Shown here piece by piece: positions 11,508 through 22,622 of a stretch of DNA of 64,000 nt (position 1 is the first letter of the stretch; each line of letters opens with the position of its first letter). The position numbers and the translations under genes are program-made. The stretch is from an uncultured Gemmatimonadales bacterium (GTDB lineage Bacteria; Gemmatimonadota; Gemmatimonadetes; Gemmatimonadales; GWC2-71-9). The stretch is taken from the NCBI GenBank assembly GCA_963728705.1, contig CAVSLY010000011.1, forward strand, positions 101,701 to 165,700, read 5' to 3'. A model generated the notes under the pieces. It did not search any database, was not told the origin of the DNA, and saw nothing but the letters and a program-made list of their open reading frames with translations.

Positions 11508-12647
11508 TTACCACCCCAGCGAGAAGCTGAAGAAATTCGTCGGGCCAAGGACGCCAAGATACTTGTACGCGTAGTCGAGGCCGAGGGAAAAACCATTCCC
11601 CGCGCCGTACATGAGCCCGCCGCCGAAGGCGAGGCCCTGCAGGGTCTCCTCGTCATTCAGCGCGGTCTGCGAGGTCTCCGGGTCGAGATTGTTGGCCCCG
11701 GTGTAGCTGTAGCTGCCCCGCAGTGCGAAGCCGAAGTTCGAGCCGCCGAGCTTGTTGGACATCCACTCGCTGCCGAACGCGAATCCGGGCTTGTTGTTGT
11801 TCGGCTGGTTGAAGTCGCCCAGCACGGTCAGGCGGTTGTTCTCGCCCGTGAGGACGTCGTACGCCAACCCGACCCGGAACGTGGTGGGCAGCGGGAAGTC
11901 CTTGGTGAGCAGGTTCGACTGCTGCGGCAGCGTGGGCGTCTCGTCCTCGCCCGGAATCGGCGTGCGCGGCACGTTCCCCTGGAGCCCCGTGCCCTCGTAG
12001 TTCAGGTTCGAGCCGATATTGGCGAGCACGAACGAGAATTTGACGGGGTGGTTGTTCAGGGAGGCGTGGAAGTTGGTGCCGAAGTCCACCGCGAACGCAC
12101 TTCCGCTGACCGTGCCCAGCCGGTCGTTGACGTACTTGGCGGTGATGCCCGCCGAGAACCGGTCGGAGAAGTTCTGGGCGAAGGTGGCGCCCACGAAGGT
12201 CTGGTTGACCGAGTAGGTGCCGCCCGTTCCGTTGGGCTGCTCTTCGGTGTAGATCGGCTGGTCCTTGAACCCGAAGGTCCCGAGCTGGAACCCGATGGTC
12301 CGGGCCCCGCCCGAGAGCGGGAAGGCGACGCCGCCCCACGAGTAGCGGGTGTCGGCGAGGTAGTCGTAAGTCCCGACCATGATCCCGGGCCGCTCGAGCA
12401 GTGCCGCGCCGGCCGGGTTGTAATACAGAGCGCTGACGTCGGTGACGATCGAAGCGAACGATCCGCCGAGCGCCGTGCCGCGGGCGCCCGCCCCGAGCAG
12501 AAGGAACTCGCCCGAGGTCGTGCCGTAGGACGTGTTGTCCTCCTGCCCGACCGGCTGTCCCGTGCTGTTCTGTGCTGCCAACCCGGCTGGAACCGCGTTC
12601 AACAGGCCGAAGGCGAGCAGCCACCCAGGCGTAGAGAGCTTCACCAT
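11508..12647 (-). CDS. PorV/PorQ-family outer-membrane beta-barrel
   Basis: Intact 379-aa ORF with a signal peptide. GEFLLLGAGARGTALGGSFASIVTDVSALYYNPAG is typical of the PorV/PorQ (FadL-like) family. Alternating beta-strand pattern ending ...FFSFSLGW. Confidence 0.7.
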   Translation of the reverse strand: MVKLSTPGWLLAFGLLNAVPAGLAAQNSTGQPVGQEDNTSYGTTSGEFLLLGAGARGTALGGSFASIVTDVSALYYNPAGAALLERPGIMVGTYDYLADTRYSWGGVAFPLSGGARTIGFQLGTFGFKDQPIYTEEQPNGTGGTYSVNQTFVGATFAQNFSDRFSAGITAKYVNDRLGTVSGSAFAVDFGTNFHASLNNHPVKFSFVLANIGSNLNYEGTGLQGNVPRTPIPGEDETPTLPQQSNLLTKDFPLPTTFRVGLAYDVLTGENNRLTVLGDFNQPNNNKPGFAFGSEWMSNKLGGSNFGFALRGSYSYTGANNLDPETSQTALNDEETLQGLAFGGGLMYGAGNGFSLGLDYAYKYLGVLGPTNFFSFSLGW

Positions 12648-12702
12648 AATTGTCGATCTCCTGGAGGTTGGGGCGGGCCAGGTGCCCGCCCCGTATCGAT
12701 GC

Positions 12703-15700
12703 CTATTGCGCGAAGTTCACGACCGTGAAGCGACCGACTCTGCGAGCGTCGCCGGCTTCGATGTGATAGAAGTACACGCCGCTGGCGACCACTTGGTTGT
12801 TCCGGTTGCGCAGATCCCAGTTCATCTCGCTGCCCTGAGACGCGCTGGCGGAGCTGTATTGGCCGCCGTGGTGCTCGAGCATCCGCACCAGCACGCCGCT
12901 GGCGGAGTAGATCCGGATGATCGCGTCCTGCGGCAGACCCACGAACTTCAGGATCTTCTGGTCGGTGCTCGCCTCGTACTTGCTCTGCACGTAGTACGGG
13001 TCGGGCACCGTGTGCACGTGCTGAGGTCGCCCTTGGTGGCCGCGACCACGACGTTGTTCGGGGTGAGAGTGGCCGTGGCGCTGGCGCCGACCGCCGTGAA
13101 GGGCCGGGTGGCCGGCGAGAAGCTGTACGGACCGATGTTCCCCGCCGCCCCGTTGCCGCCGTTGACAGCGCCGGTGTAGGTCCGAAGCGCCCAGACGGTG
13201 CCGGCGGCCGGCAGGGTCGGCATCTGCATCATGAACTGATGGCCCGCGACGTAGAAGATGAACCCCGGCTCCGCAGCCGTCGCACTGACGCTGTCAAGGC
13301 CGATCCTGCCGGACGAGATGGAGATCGACCCGAGCGAGGCGTGTGGCTCAGGGCGTAGGCCGTGGCCGTGGTGCATGGAATCCGCAGCGCAGGCCCGCTG
13401 AGCACCGACCGCATCGGCTCGACGCAGGCCATGTCGGACTGAGTCAGCACCGTCGGGCGGGCGTCGTACTCGCCTGCTTGGCCGGTGGCGGCCGTGTTCA
13501 GGATGCCGAACCGCATCCGCCCAAGGTAGGCAGGAACGGCACCGTCACGTCGTGGGTGACGTCGATGACCGAGTCCACCAGCCCGCCCGCGCCCCAGTAC
13601 ACGTTGAAGTCCGCGGCCCGCGCCGCGCCGCTCATGGTCCATTCGGCGTTGCGCCAGGTGCGATCCTGGAAGATGTACGCGTGCGGCTCATTGATTACGG
13701 TGACACCGGTGAGCGCACCCGCGTTGTTGAAGTTGGTGACGGTGGCGCCGGCGGCATCCTCGACTCCGACGTTGCCGCCGTTGGGGTCAGCCGCGGTCTC
13801 GTTCGTGGTCGGCGACGGGCCGTCAAACCACCGCGCGCCGTTGTAGAAGCAGTTGCCGTTCGGGATCGAAGCCCGGGTCGGCCCCGGCGATGCATCCCAA
13901 CCCCTGCCCGGTGAGGTACGTGCTGGCCGGCATGGTGAGATTCACCTGGGCCGAGAGCTTGAACGCGGCGCCCGGCGATTCGAACTTGTTGGCGACCGCG
14001 GCATCCACCGGCGACACGTCGTTGGAGAAGCCAATGCCCGTCGTGTCGTTCGCCGACGAGCCCGTGGCGAGACCGCCCGACGTGAGCGTCACCGGCACCG
14101 AGAAGTTCGCGGCGCTCGGCGTGCCCGGCGCCGACGTCATCCAGTAGATGTTGGGTGACGGCGTCGGCGAGGCACCGAAGATGGCGGCGTTGCCCGACTG
14201 GCCCAGCGAGATGCTGTCGAGCTGCACGGTGAGCTGCGTCGGGCCGCCGAGAATCTGGCTGATCGAAGCCACCAAGCCCGCGCTCGCGCCGTTGGCCGGC
14301 GGGAACGGCCCGCTGAACTTGCCGGTCGCCGGATCGATCGTGGGCACCGTGGTGTTGGTCAGGAGCCCGTTCCGGCCGCTCGTCGTGATGGTGACGGCCA
14401 CGTCGGCTTGCTGGTTCGGCGACAGCGGGGTTGGCGTCACCGCCTTGGTCTTCCGCTGCGACTCCAGGCTCGACGGGCCCGAGGCCACCGAGTTCACGTC
14501 GAACGCGCTCACGGCGTAGAAGTACCGCAGGCTGTTGCGCACGCCGTTGTCGACGAACAGGAACGGAATGCCGCCGTTGACCAGGTTGGTCGTGACACCC
14601 TGGCCCACGCGGCCGCGCGTGATGTCGACGAACGCCGTGTCCAGCAGGCCGGGAAGCACCTGCGCCTCGCCCGACTGCCAGGAGCACGCGGTTGCCTGGA
14701 ATGATCTGGGTGATCTGACCCACCAGGTCGATGTTGGTCGAGCCGACGAACGGGCTCGCCCGGGAGCGGGGTGGAGAACGTGATGGCGCAGGTGGTCTGG
14801 ACACCGAGCTCTGGAGCGCACCCGGGAACCGGGTTCACGATGCCACGGAAGTCGGCGAAGAGGCCGCGTCCCGTCGCGTCCGGCGCATAGTCGAACTGCG
14901 CGATGAGCTGGCAGCTGGCTCGGGTTGTCCACCCGGCCGCGATAGATCCGGTAACCTTCCACATCGAGGCCGCGGAAGTTCGGATCGTACAGCGCATTCA
15001 CGACCGGGGCCCGGTGATCGGGTCCGGCACCAGCGGCTGGCTCGCGATGTTGAAGAACGGATCAGGCGTCGTCTCGGTCGCCGAGCGATTCCACAGGACG
15101 GTGACCTGGTTGTCGCCCGGAACCAGGAAGAAGTCCGGACGGTCGGGGGCGAAGGGGAGCAGGAACTTGTTGGTGAACACGGTCTGCGCCGTCTTCGACT
15201 TGCCCAGCAGCGAGCCCGGCACGGCGCTGATCTCGTCCTGGGTGACATTGCCATCGCCATCGGCGTCGTCGAAGTCCAGATACCCGGTCATGGTGTCGAT
15301 CTTGTTTACGCCCGAGGCCATCCGGGTCGGCGCGCCCATGATCGTGAGGTTGGCGTTGACCGACGCCGGCTTGACGTCGCAGGCGGCGCCCGGGCAACCG
15401 GCGGACCGGACCGGGGCGGCGAAGATGTAGGCCACCACGATCGTGCCCGAGCCGCCCGGCGCCAGGTTAAGCGGGCCGGACGACTGGAACAGCCGCATGT
15501 CCGCCTGGCTGCTGATGTTGACGAAGCAGATGTGGGCCTGCAGCGGGTTGGGCAGCGAGCAGGCGCCGTCTTGCTCGGTCAGGCCGCCGGTGATGTAGCG
15601 GTAGAGCTGCTTGTCATCGTTCGGGTCCTGCAGCGAGCCGGACGACCGGGAGAACGTCCCGAACAGCGTCAGGCCGACCTCCAGGCCGGTGACCGGGTCG

Positions 15701-16772
15701 ACGGGGCTGCGCAGGAATTTCATGCCCACGAACCCGACGCCCGCGAAGAACGGCGCGGAGCCGAAGATGGCAGGATCGAAGGTCCAGCCGAGGTCGGCGG
15801 CGTTGCTGAAGGCGTGATCGTAGGTGTAGCCCAGCGCGAACGGCACGTTGACGCTGGCGTAGTTGACGTCGGCCTGGGCCACGTCCATGTCGGCACGCTG
15901 GCGGCGAACAGGTCGTTGATGGCGTAGCCGCCGGCCGGCAGGTTGATGCCGTACTTGGCGGTGTTCAGCGCCTGGAAGTCTGCCGCCTTCTGCAGCAGGA
16001 CGGGGCGGAGCGACGGGCCGGATGGCCGCGTATGCCGCGGGGTCCGTGCTGGTGACGTTGTAAAAGGTGTACATGACATAGATGATGTCTTCGTTGCCGC
16101 TCGGGAAGTTCCAGCCGAGCACGCGGGTCTCGACCGCGATGCCCAGCGGATGGGTCCGGGAGGCGAGCTGGCCCGGATCGCCTTCCCACGACATGAACCA
16201 CAGGTCGCCCTGCGACGCCGCGATGGCGCCCTGGAGCGGCGGGGCGAACAGGTCGCCGGCCGGATCGGTGCCGAGCCCGTTGGTGAGGCAGGGGCTGGCG
16301 GGGTCGGTGTTGGTGGCGGAGCACGGCACGCGCGCCTCGTCCGGCCACGCCGCGAAGTCCGCGGGATCGGCGGAGGAGAAGATCGGCCGGACCTCCATGC
16401 CGTTGCTGGTGCCGGCGGTGTTGTTGAAGAACGCCGCCCGCGGTGTCTCCCGCGAAGCCGTTCACCGAGTTGTCACCCGCCTCGATGATGCCGGCGATGT
16501 TGATGCCGGAGCCGAAGACATACTGGTCCGCGGTGCCGCGGGGCCAGATGCCGCCGCCCACCGTCGATGAGCCGGTGGCGCAGATCGAGCCGTCCGAGAA
16601 GATCCGGCACTGCACCCGGTTCGTCTGGAAGACGTGATCGCGCTGGAGAGGAGCCGGAACCGCCTTCCCGGGCTTCTGGCTTGGCCATGGCGACCGAGGA
16701 TGCGGCGACGCTCAGCGCCAGTGCCGCGGCGGCGACCCGCATCAGACTGCGCTGACAACGCGAGAAAAGCAT
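12703..16772 (-). pseudogene. large secreted protein (~1,350 aa if repaired) with a T9SS-type C-terminal sorting domain, about 12 apparent frameshifts
   Basis: ATG 16772 is preceded by AAGGAGGA. Signal peptide MLFSRCQRSLMRVAAAALALSVAASSVAMA. Fn3-like DNQVTVLWN..GYRIYRGRV. Last ~80 aa (ORF 12703..13017: KILKFVGLPQDAIIRIYSASGVLV..VASGVYFYHIEAG..RFTVV) match the Por-secretion-tail/FlgD-Ig-like pattern. Coding signal hops among ORFs 16473.., 15965.., 14998.., 15720.., 13823.., 14509.., 13695.., 13229.., 12948.. and 12703... Confidence 0.65.
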
Positions 16773-16859
16773 TCCGTCCTCCTTAGAGAGAAACACGGCC
16801 ATCCGGCTCGGCCCTCCGCCCGGTGTCCCGGGCGGAGAGCCGGCCGAAGGCGAGTCCGG

Positions 16860-19800
16860 TCAGAAGTTGATCTCGAAGCCCAGCCGCGCGCGGCGAGCCG
16901 GGGCGGTCTGTTCCTGCTCGCCGCGGCCCGCGTCGTACAGCGCGTTGATGGCGTTGGTCTGCTCTTCGACAGTGTACGATGCCGTCGCCGTTACCGAACC
17001 GCTGCTCGGCCCGGATCAGGTACATGCAGTTGGCCGCGGCCGGGCGCTCCGCCTTGCTGGCGACCCAGGTGTTGCAGTCCTCGTGCGCCGCCGGAAGCAC
17101 GATGCGCCACCGCTCGGCCCGACCGCTTCGTTGGCGTCGCGCTCGGTGGCGAGGTCGTTGAGATCGGCGAGCAGATTGTCGGCGCGCTCCTGATCGTTCC
17201 GGGTGTCGCCGTTCACCGCGAAGACCTGGATGACGTTCTTCCAGTTGAACAGGTTGCGGACGTCGAGGTAGGCGGTCAGGTCCAGTCCGCCCAGGCCGAA
17301 GCCCTTGGTGAGCTTGGCGTTGAACTCCTTGAGCGCGGGCAGCCGCTGGGTGTTGATCCCCTCGGGGAAGAGGCGGACGCAGTTCTCGATCGAGAGCACG
17401 CTCTGCTCTTCGGGGCTCGATGCCGCACTTGGTGTACGCCGTGCCGCTGGTGTAGCGGAAGGTCGTGAACACGCTGACGTTGCCCAGGACGTTGCCGAGC
17501 ACGAGCCCTTGCGCCAGTCGCCCGGGAAGGTGAGCGAGAACGCGCTCGCCAGCGTGTGCGGCCGGCTGTTGTCGGTCGCGCAGGATGCCCTGCGGTGGCG
17601 GCTGGGCGCCGTTGTTGCCGCCGACCTGGTTCACGATGCGGGAGCCGTAGTTCGTGTAGGTGAACGGATCGGAGCCCGTGTTCTTGGCCTGACTGGTACG
17701 AGTAGGAGACCGTGCCGTTGAAGTAGTTCCCGAACCGCCGGTCGAGCCGGACGTCGACGCCGCGGACGTTGCCGAAGTCGAGGTTCGTCAGGATCCGGAA
17801 ATCGTTGTCGCGGCCCAGCGTCGGGTCGAACAGCGTGACCAGGCGCGCGGCCGGATCGGAGACGATGTCCTTGTTGTACGCGGCGACGTCGAGCACCATG
17901 TCGTCGCTGAAGGCGTGCCGGATGCCGAACTCGAACGCGATCGTCTTGCCGAAGTCGAGGTCGGTGCCGTACACCTGGTTGGTGTTGGTGTTGTTCAGGT
18001 CGGTGTTGATGCCGCCGAGCAGCAGCGCGAAGTCCGGCGTCTGCACCTGGTGCGAGTACGACAGCCGGAAGTTGGTCCGGTCGGTCACCGGGAACGACAC
18101 CTGGATGTGCGGGCTCAGGTAGTCGTGGCTCTTGTCGCGCACGTAGCATCGCGGTCGGGTTGTTCTGATCGAACCCGGGCAGGCTGCTGATCCGGGGGAA
18201 GGCGTAGGTGTTGCCCGCGGTGTCGGTGACGAAGGGCCGCGACGGCCCGGCTGTCGTAGTAGTCGTACCGCAGGCCGCCGACCACCACCACGTCGCCCAG
18301 GTCCAGGCGGTCTTCGACGAAGGCGTTCCACCGGATCGGCTTCTCGCGGTAGGCGTCGGAGAAGAACTTGCTGGTCAGGGCGAAGCGAGTAGCTGTCGAT
18401 GTTGTAGCGGGTGAACTCGCCACCGATCTTGAGCCGGTTGTACCGGTCGGCCTGCCAGTCGAGGGTGGCCTTCCCGATGTACCGTTCTCCTTGTACAGGT
18501 TCAGCCGCTGCGTGCCGCCCGGTGAATTCGCCGGACCGCCGCTCTCGGGGAACATCCAGGTGTCCAGGTCCAGCGTGTTGGCGAAGTTCTGGTACTGCCC
18601 GTAGAGGCCGTACGCGTTGTTCCGGACGTTGTCGACCGGGCTGTACGCGCTGCCGTTGTTGGCGTCGATACGGCGTGATCCGGCCCTGGTCCTTCCGGAC
18701 GTTGTTGATCAGCTCGTCCGTCAGCGGGAAGTTGTCGAAGTCGAACAGGAAGTGCAGTCGGCTTGATGATGAACCCGCCAAACGGATCGCGGGTGGACAG
18801 ATCGCTCTCGCGTCTCGAGCGGCCCGCGGTCGTCCGGTCCTGCTGATAGGAGAGCGCCACGTCCAGCGCCAGCGCCCGCTCGGTGCTCTTCGACAGGTTC
18901 TGGGTCCAGTTCAGCGTCGAGACGTAGTTCCGCGTTGCTGAAGCCCTGCATCGATGACGCCGGCGCCAGGTTGTTGAGGTAGCGGACGATCAAGGGGAAG
19001 CGGTGGCCGTGGTTCCGGCTGGTGGCGAGGCTCAGGGAGACCCGGGAGCCGGTGCCGTAGGTGTAGTTGAGCTTGCCCGAAGCGGTGTAGAGCGTCTGCG
19101 CCGTGGCCGGAAGCCGGACGCCGTTGCAATCGAGCCCGTAGTTGCTCCGGATGCCCTCGATGGCGGCGGCATCGGCGCCGGCGACGCCGGCCTCAGCCCG
19201 CGTTCGCGAACTCATCGCACTTGCCGCGCGAGATGGCGTAGTTGTAGACCGGGACCAGCGAGGTGTCGGCGGTGGCGGACTCGTCCACGGCCAGCGTCTG
19301 CGGGGTCATCCAGCGCGCTCAGCTGGCCGACCGTGGTGTCCACGCCCGCCTGCAGGAAGATCGGGGACGTCCTGGCTGTTGAAGCCTTCCTCGAGCGACT
19401 GCTGGCCCTCGAGCGCGCCGCTCAGCGCGAAGGTCAGCCGGCCGGCCAGCGGTCCGCTGAAGCCCGCCCTCCAGCCGGTTGAACCCGGCGCCGTGGTTCA
19501 CGCCGAACGGCTCGTCGGACTCGACCGAGAAGGATCCCTGGTAGTCGCTGCCGCCGGTCTTGGTGACGATCGCGATGATGCCGGACTTCGCGTTGCCGAA
19601 CTCGGCCGAGGAGGAGCCGGTAGTGACCGACGCCTCTTCGAAGGCGTTGGTGCCGATGCTGAGCGAGGTCGCGGCCGAGCACCCGCGAACCGAGTCGCCG
19701 CGGTAGCCGGCCTGGACGGGGACGCCGTCCACGTAGGTGGCCGCTTCGTTGTTCGCGGCCGCCGCGGATCGAGAGGTTCCCGTTGTTGTCCGCGGTCACG

Positions 19801-20304
19801 CCCGGCTGCAGCTGGAGCACATCGTTGATCCGGTCGACCGGCAGGTGATCGGCGAACTGGCCGTCGATCCGCTGCTTGGTCGTGACCTCGTCGCGCGGCA
19901 CCAGCGGCTGGGTCTGGGTGACGACGGTGATTTCCTGGATCTGCGACCGCCGTCTGCTCCAGCTGGACGTCCACCGTGACGCGTCTGGCCGGCGAGGACC
20001 TTCACGCCTTCCACCTGGGTCGACTTGTACCCGATGAAGGCGGCGCGCACCGAGACTGTGCTCGGCGGGAACGTTGTTGATGAAGTAGTAGCCCTGCGGG
20101 TTGGTGAGGGCGTTGAACGCCGTCCCCACCACGTACACCTGGGCGTTGGCAATGGGCGCGCCCGCTTGGTCGCGCACCCTGCCTTCGATTTTACCAGTCG
20201 AGCTCTGGGCGAGGAGCGAACCGGCTCCTCACGACCAGCGCGACTGCCGCGTACGCGATGACTCGCGCAACGCGTGCGAAGGCGCTGACACGGCAATGCT
20301 TCAT
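16860..20304 (-). pseudogene. Oar-like TonB-dependent receptor with N-terminal carboxypeptidase-regulatory-like domain, at least 12 apparent frameshifts
   Basis: ATG 20304 (MKHCRVSAFARVARVIAYAAVALVV). GRVRDQAGAPIANAQVYVVGT..GYYFINNVP (CarboxypepD_reg-like). Plug LQLQPGVTADNNGNLSIRGGR. Barrel segments across ORFs 19434.., 19319.., 18721.., 18501.., 17276.. and 18115... Terminal ...RLGFEINF then TGA at 16860-16862. Confidence 0.7.
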
Positions 20305-20489
20305 GGATACGTCCTCCAAAGGCGTGAACCTGCGCGTACGACCGACCTGGAGCGGGGAGCGCACACGCTCCCCAGGGCCCTGTGGCCTACGGAATGCGAC
20401 TGCTGTGGGAGTAGTACACCTGCATCAAGAAGAAGGGAGACGACATCAAGGATGTCGCGTGCGCGACCGCGGCCCGGTCGGCGCCAACC

Positions 20490-20518
20490 AATATGAAGCC
20501 AGAAAAATTTCGTGTCAA
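20490..20518 (-). promoter_or_regulatory. sigma70-type promoter for the TonB-receptor operon
   Basis: On the minus strand TTGACA (20518-20513), a 17-nt spacer, then CATATT (20495-20490) in an AT-richer island. This leaves a leader of about 180 nt before ATG 20304, with hairpins CGACATC/GATGTCG and GGGGAGCG/CGCTCCCC and the SD GGAGGA. Confidence 0.45.
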
Positions 20519-20781
20519 GCAAACGTCACGACTCGGCACTCCACCCGGCGCGGCCGGTGTAACTCTCTGAAACCGGAGAAGTTGCCTATTGAAACACCAG
20601 CAGGCTTCTCGGCGATGCGCGGAACACGTGCACGGCGCGGGCGCGGGCGATCATGGTGCGGGCGCAATGCGGACGGCGGTGACGTGAATGGTTCGATGTG
20701 AACAAGGGAGTGAGACGGACGCGATTCTAATGCGCCGCCGAGAGTTTGGGAAGGGGCAGGTGCTCCCGGATGTGCCCCGAT

Positions 20782-21952
20782 TTACGCCGCTGGAACGATG
20801 AGGCGGGTCTGCGGCACACGCGGCGTGACCTCGGGACCGGCCTCGCTCCAGTGCATGTTCACCTCGCTCCGCACGCCGAACTCGCCGGGCAGGTAGATGC
20901 CGGGCTCCACCGAGAACCCGACGCCCGGGACCAGCAGCCGGTCGTCGTGGGTCTCGTAGTCGTCCAGGTGTGGGCCCGAGCCGTGCAGCTCGCGGTCGAT
21001 CGAGTGCCCCGTCCGGTGCACGAACCGCTCGCCGTGGCCGGCCGCCTCCACCACCGCTCGCGCAGCCCGGTCGGCCTCGAACCCCGCGATCGGCCTGCCA
21101 GCCGCCGCCGCCTCGCGCACGGCGGCCACCGCCGCGTCCCGCGCCCCGCGCACCGTCTCCCACACCTGGAGGACCTTGGGCGGCACCCGGCTGCCCGACG
21201 AACCCCATCCACGTCTGGTCGGCGAACACCGTGGTCCGGCTCCGGCCCGCCCAGAGATCGAGCAGCACTACCTCTCCCGAGCGGAGCGTCGCGTCTCGCC
21301 CCGCATGCGGCTCGTAGTGCGGGTTGGCGGAGTTGGGGCCGAAGCCCACGATCGGCAGCGTGTCGAAGACCAGCCCGCGCGCCTCCACCGCCGCCACCAC
21401 CCTGGCCTGCAGCCCCGTCTCGGTGAGCCCCGTGTCACCCTCGCCGACGGCGCGCGCCAGCTCCGCCTGCGCCACCTCCGCCAGCACTTCGGCCGCCGCG
21501 CGGTGGTCCGCCGCCTCCTCGGCCGACCAGCCGGCGGCGAAGCGGCTCACGAGCGGCCCCGACGGCACGATGGTCGCGCCCAGCCGGCGGAGCAGCTCCA
21601 CCACGCCGGCGGGCACCCGGTCCAGGTATGGAACGGCATCCTCGGGCGAGATCTCCATCGCGAGCCGCTTCCCCCGGACCACCTGGCCCAGCGCCGCGTG
21701 CAGCTCCTCCCATCGCGCATACGGCAGCACCCGTCCCGGGAAGCCCTCGACGGCCGCCAGCTCGATCCGATGGGCCACCGCGACCGGCTCGCCCTCGCGC
21801 GGAAGCAGCACGAAGAGCCGCCGGGTGTTGAGCCCCGTCAGCTCGAGCACTCGGGTCGCGACCGGGTTGAGGCCGTGGAAGGCGTACAGCAGCCAGCCGT
21901 CCACGCCGGCCGCCGCCAGCGCCTCCTTGAGCGCGCCGGCGTCGGGAATCAC
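20782..21952 (-). pseudogene. M24-family metallopeptidase (Xaa-Pro aminopeptidase-like), one apparent frameshift
   Basis: N-terminal part in ORF 20651..21982, C-terminal catalytic part in ORF 20782..21186 (FVHRTGHSIDRELHGSGPHL..GFSVEPGIYLPGEFGVRSE). Switch near 21186. GTG 21952 overlaps the upstream stop (GTGA); the alternative start is 21982. Confidence 0.7.
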
Positions 21953-22578
21953 TCGTAGACCTCGGCCGCGGCGCTCCGCCACACACAGGCGTCATCGCCC
22001 CGGGAGCGGCAGCGCTCGTGGACCATGGCGCCCTCGAACGCGGTGAGGTAGTGGAGCAGCTCGCCGTAGGCCGAGCCGTAGAAGGCACAGGCGGCGCCAT
22101 CGGGGACGGCGAGGATGGAGAGCGGGTCGGTCATGCGCACTTCGGTCCCCTGGGTCGGGGAGCGGAGCTCCCCGTCGAACACCTGCCGAGCCAGGCGTGC
22201 CGCCGCGCGAAGCGCCACCCGCCGTGCGATGCCCGCCGGCGAGACCCGCGAGAACGTCCGGGCCGACCGGGAGCGCGAGCGGGCCGCGTAGCGCGCCGCG
22301 CGGCGCCCGGCGTCGGCGAAGCACAGCGCCGCATCCGGCCGGCGTCCCACCAGGCGGAGCACGCTCACCACCTCGTCGAGCTCGACGGTGCCGTCGCGCT
22401 CGGCGGTCGCGCGATAGCGCTGGATCTGGGCCGCCACCGTCGGGCTCAGGCCCAGGCGGCGGACGACGATCTCCTCGGCGAGCTCGTCGAGACCGTCCTC
22501 GACCGGTGTGTCGAGGTTGCGGATCGCCTCGAGCAGGCTGAGCGGGAGGAGCGCGGGAACGGCGGCAGGAGTAGGCAC
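21949..22578 (-). CDS. hypothetical protein, C-terminal V4R-like (hydrocarbon-binding) domain
   Basis: Intact 209-aa ORF. The C-terminus CAFYGSAYGELL..EGAMVHERCRSRGDDACVW resembles the V4R Cys pattern. Weak call. Confidence 0.35.
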   Translation of the reverse strand: MPTPAAVPALLPLSLLEAIRNLDTPVEDGLDELAEEIVVRRLGLSPTVAAQIQRYRATAERDGTVELDEVVSVLRLVGRRPDAALCFADAGRRAARYAARSRSRSARTFSRVSPAGIARRVALRAAARLARQVFDGELRSPTQGTEVRMTDPLSILAVPDGAACAFYGSAYGELLHYLTAFEGAMVHERCRSRGDDACVWRSAAAEVYE

Positions 22579-22622
22579 GGAGTTTGTGTCCGGAAGTGTA
22601 GCGGGTCCATTACATTCTTTCC

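Noticed and set aside
20305-20489. Possible riboswitch (cobalamin or other) in the ~180-nt leader of the TonB-dependent receptor gene.
   Set aside because: I could not find the conserved cobalamin core (GGGAA..GGTG.AA.TCC) or a proper GCCACTG B12 box (only GCCACAG), nor TPP or other familiar motifs. Only two generic hairpins are present. A covariance-model scan (Rfam/Infernal) would settle this.
20520-20781. ORF 20258..20701 (+, 147 aa) and other small ORFs in the gap between the M24 peptidase gene and the TonB-receptor promoter.
   Set aside because: The sequence is Arg/Cys-rich and unlike real protein, spans the promoter and leader of the opposite-strand operon, and has no RBS. It is most likely non-coding.
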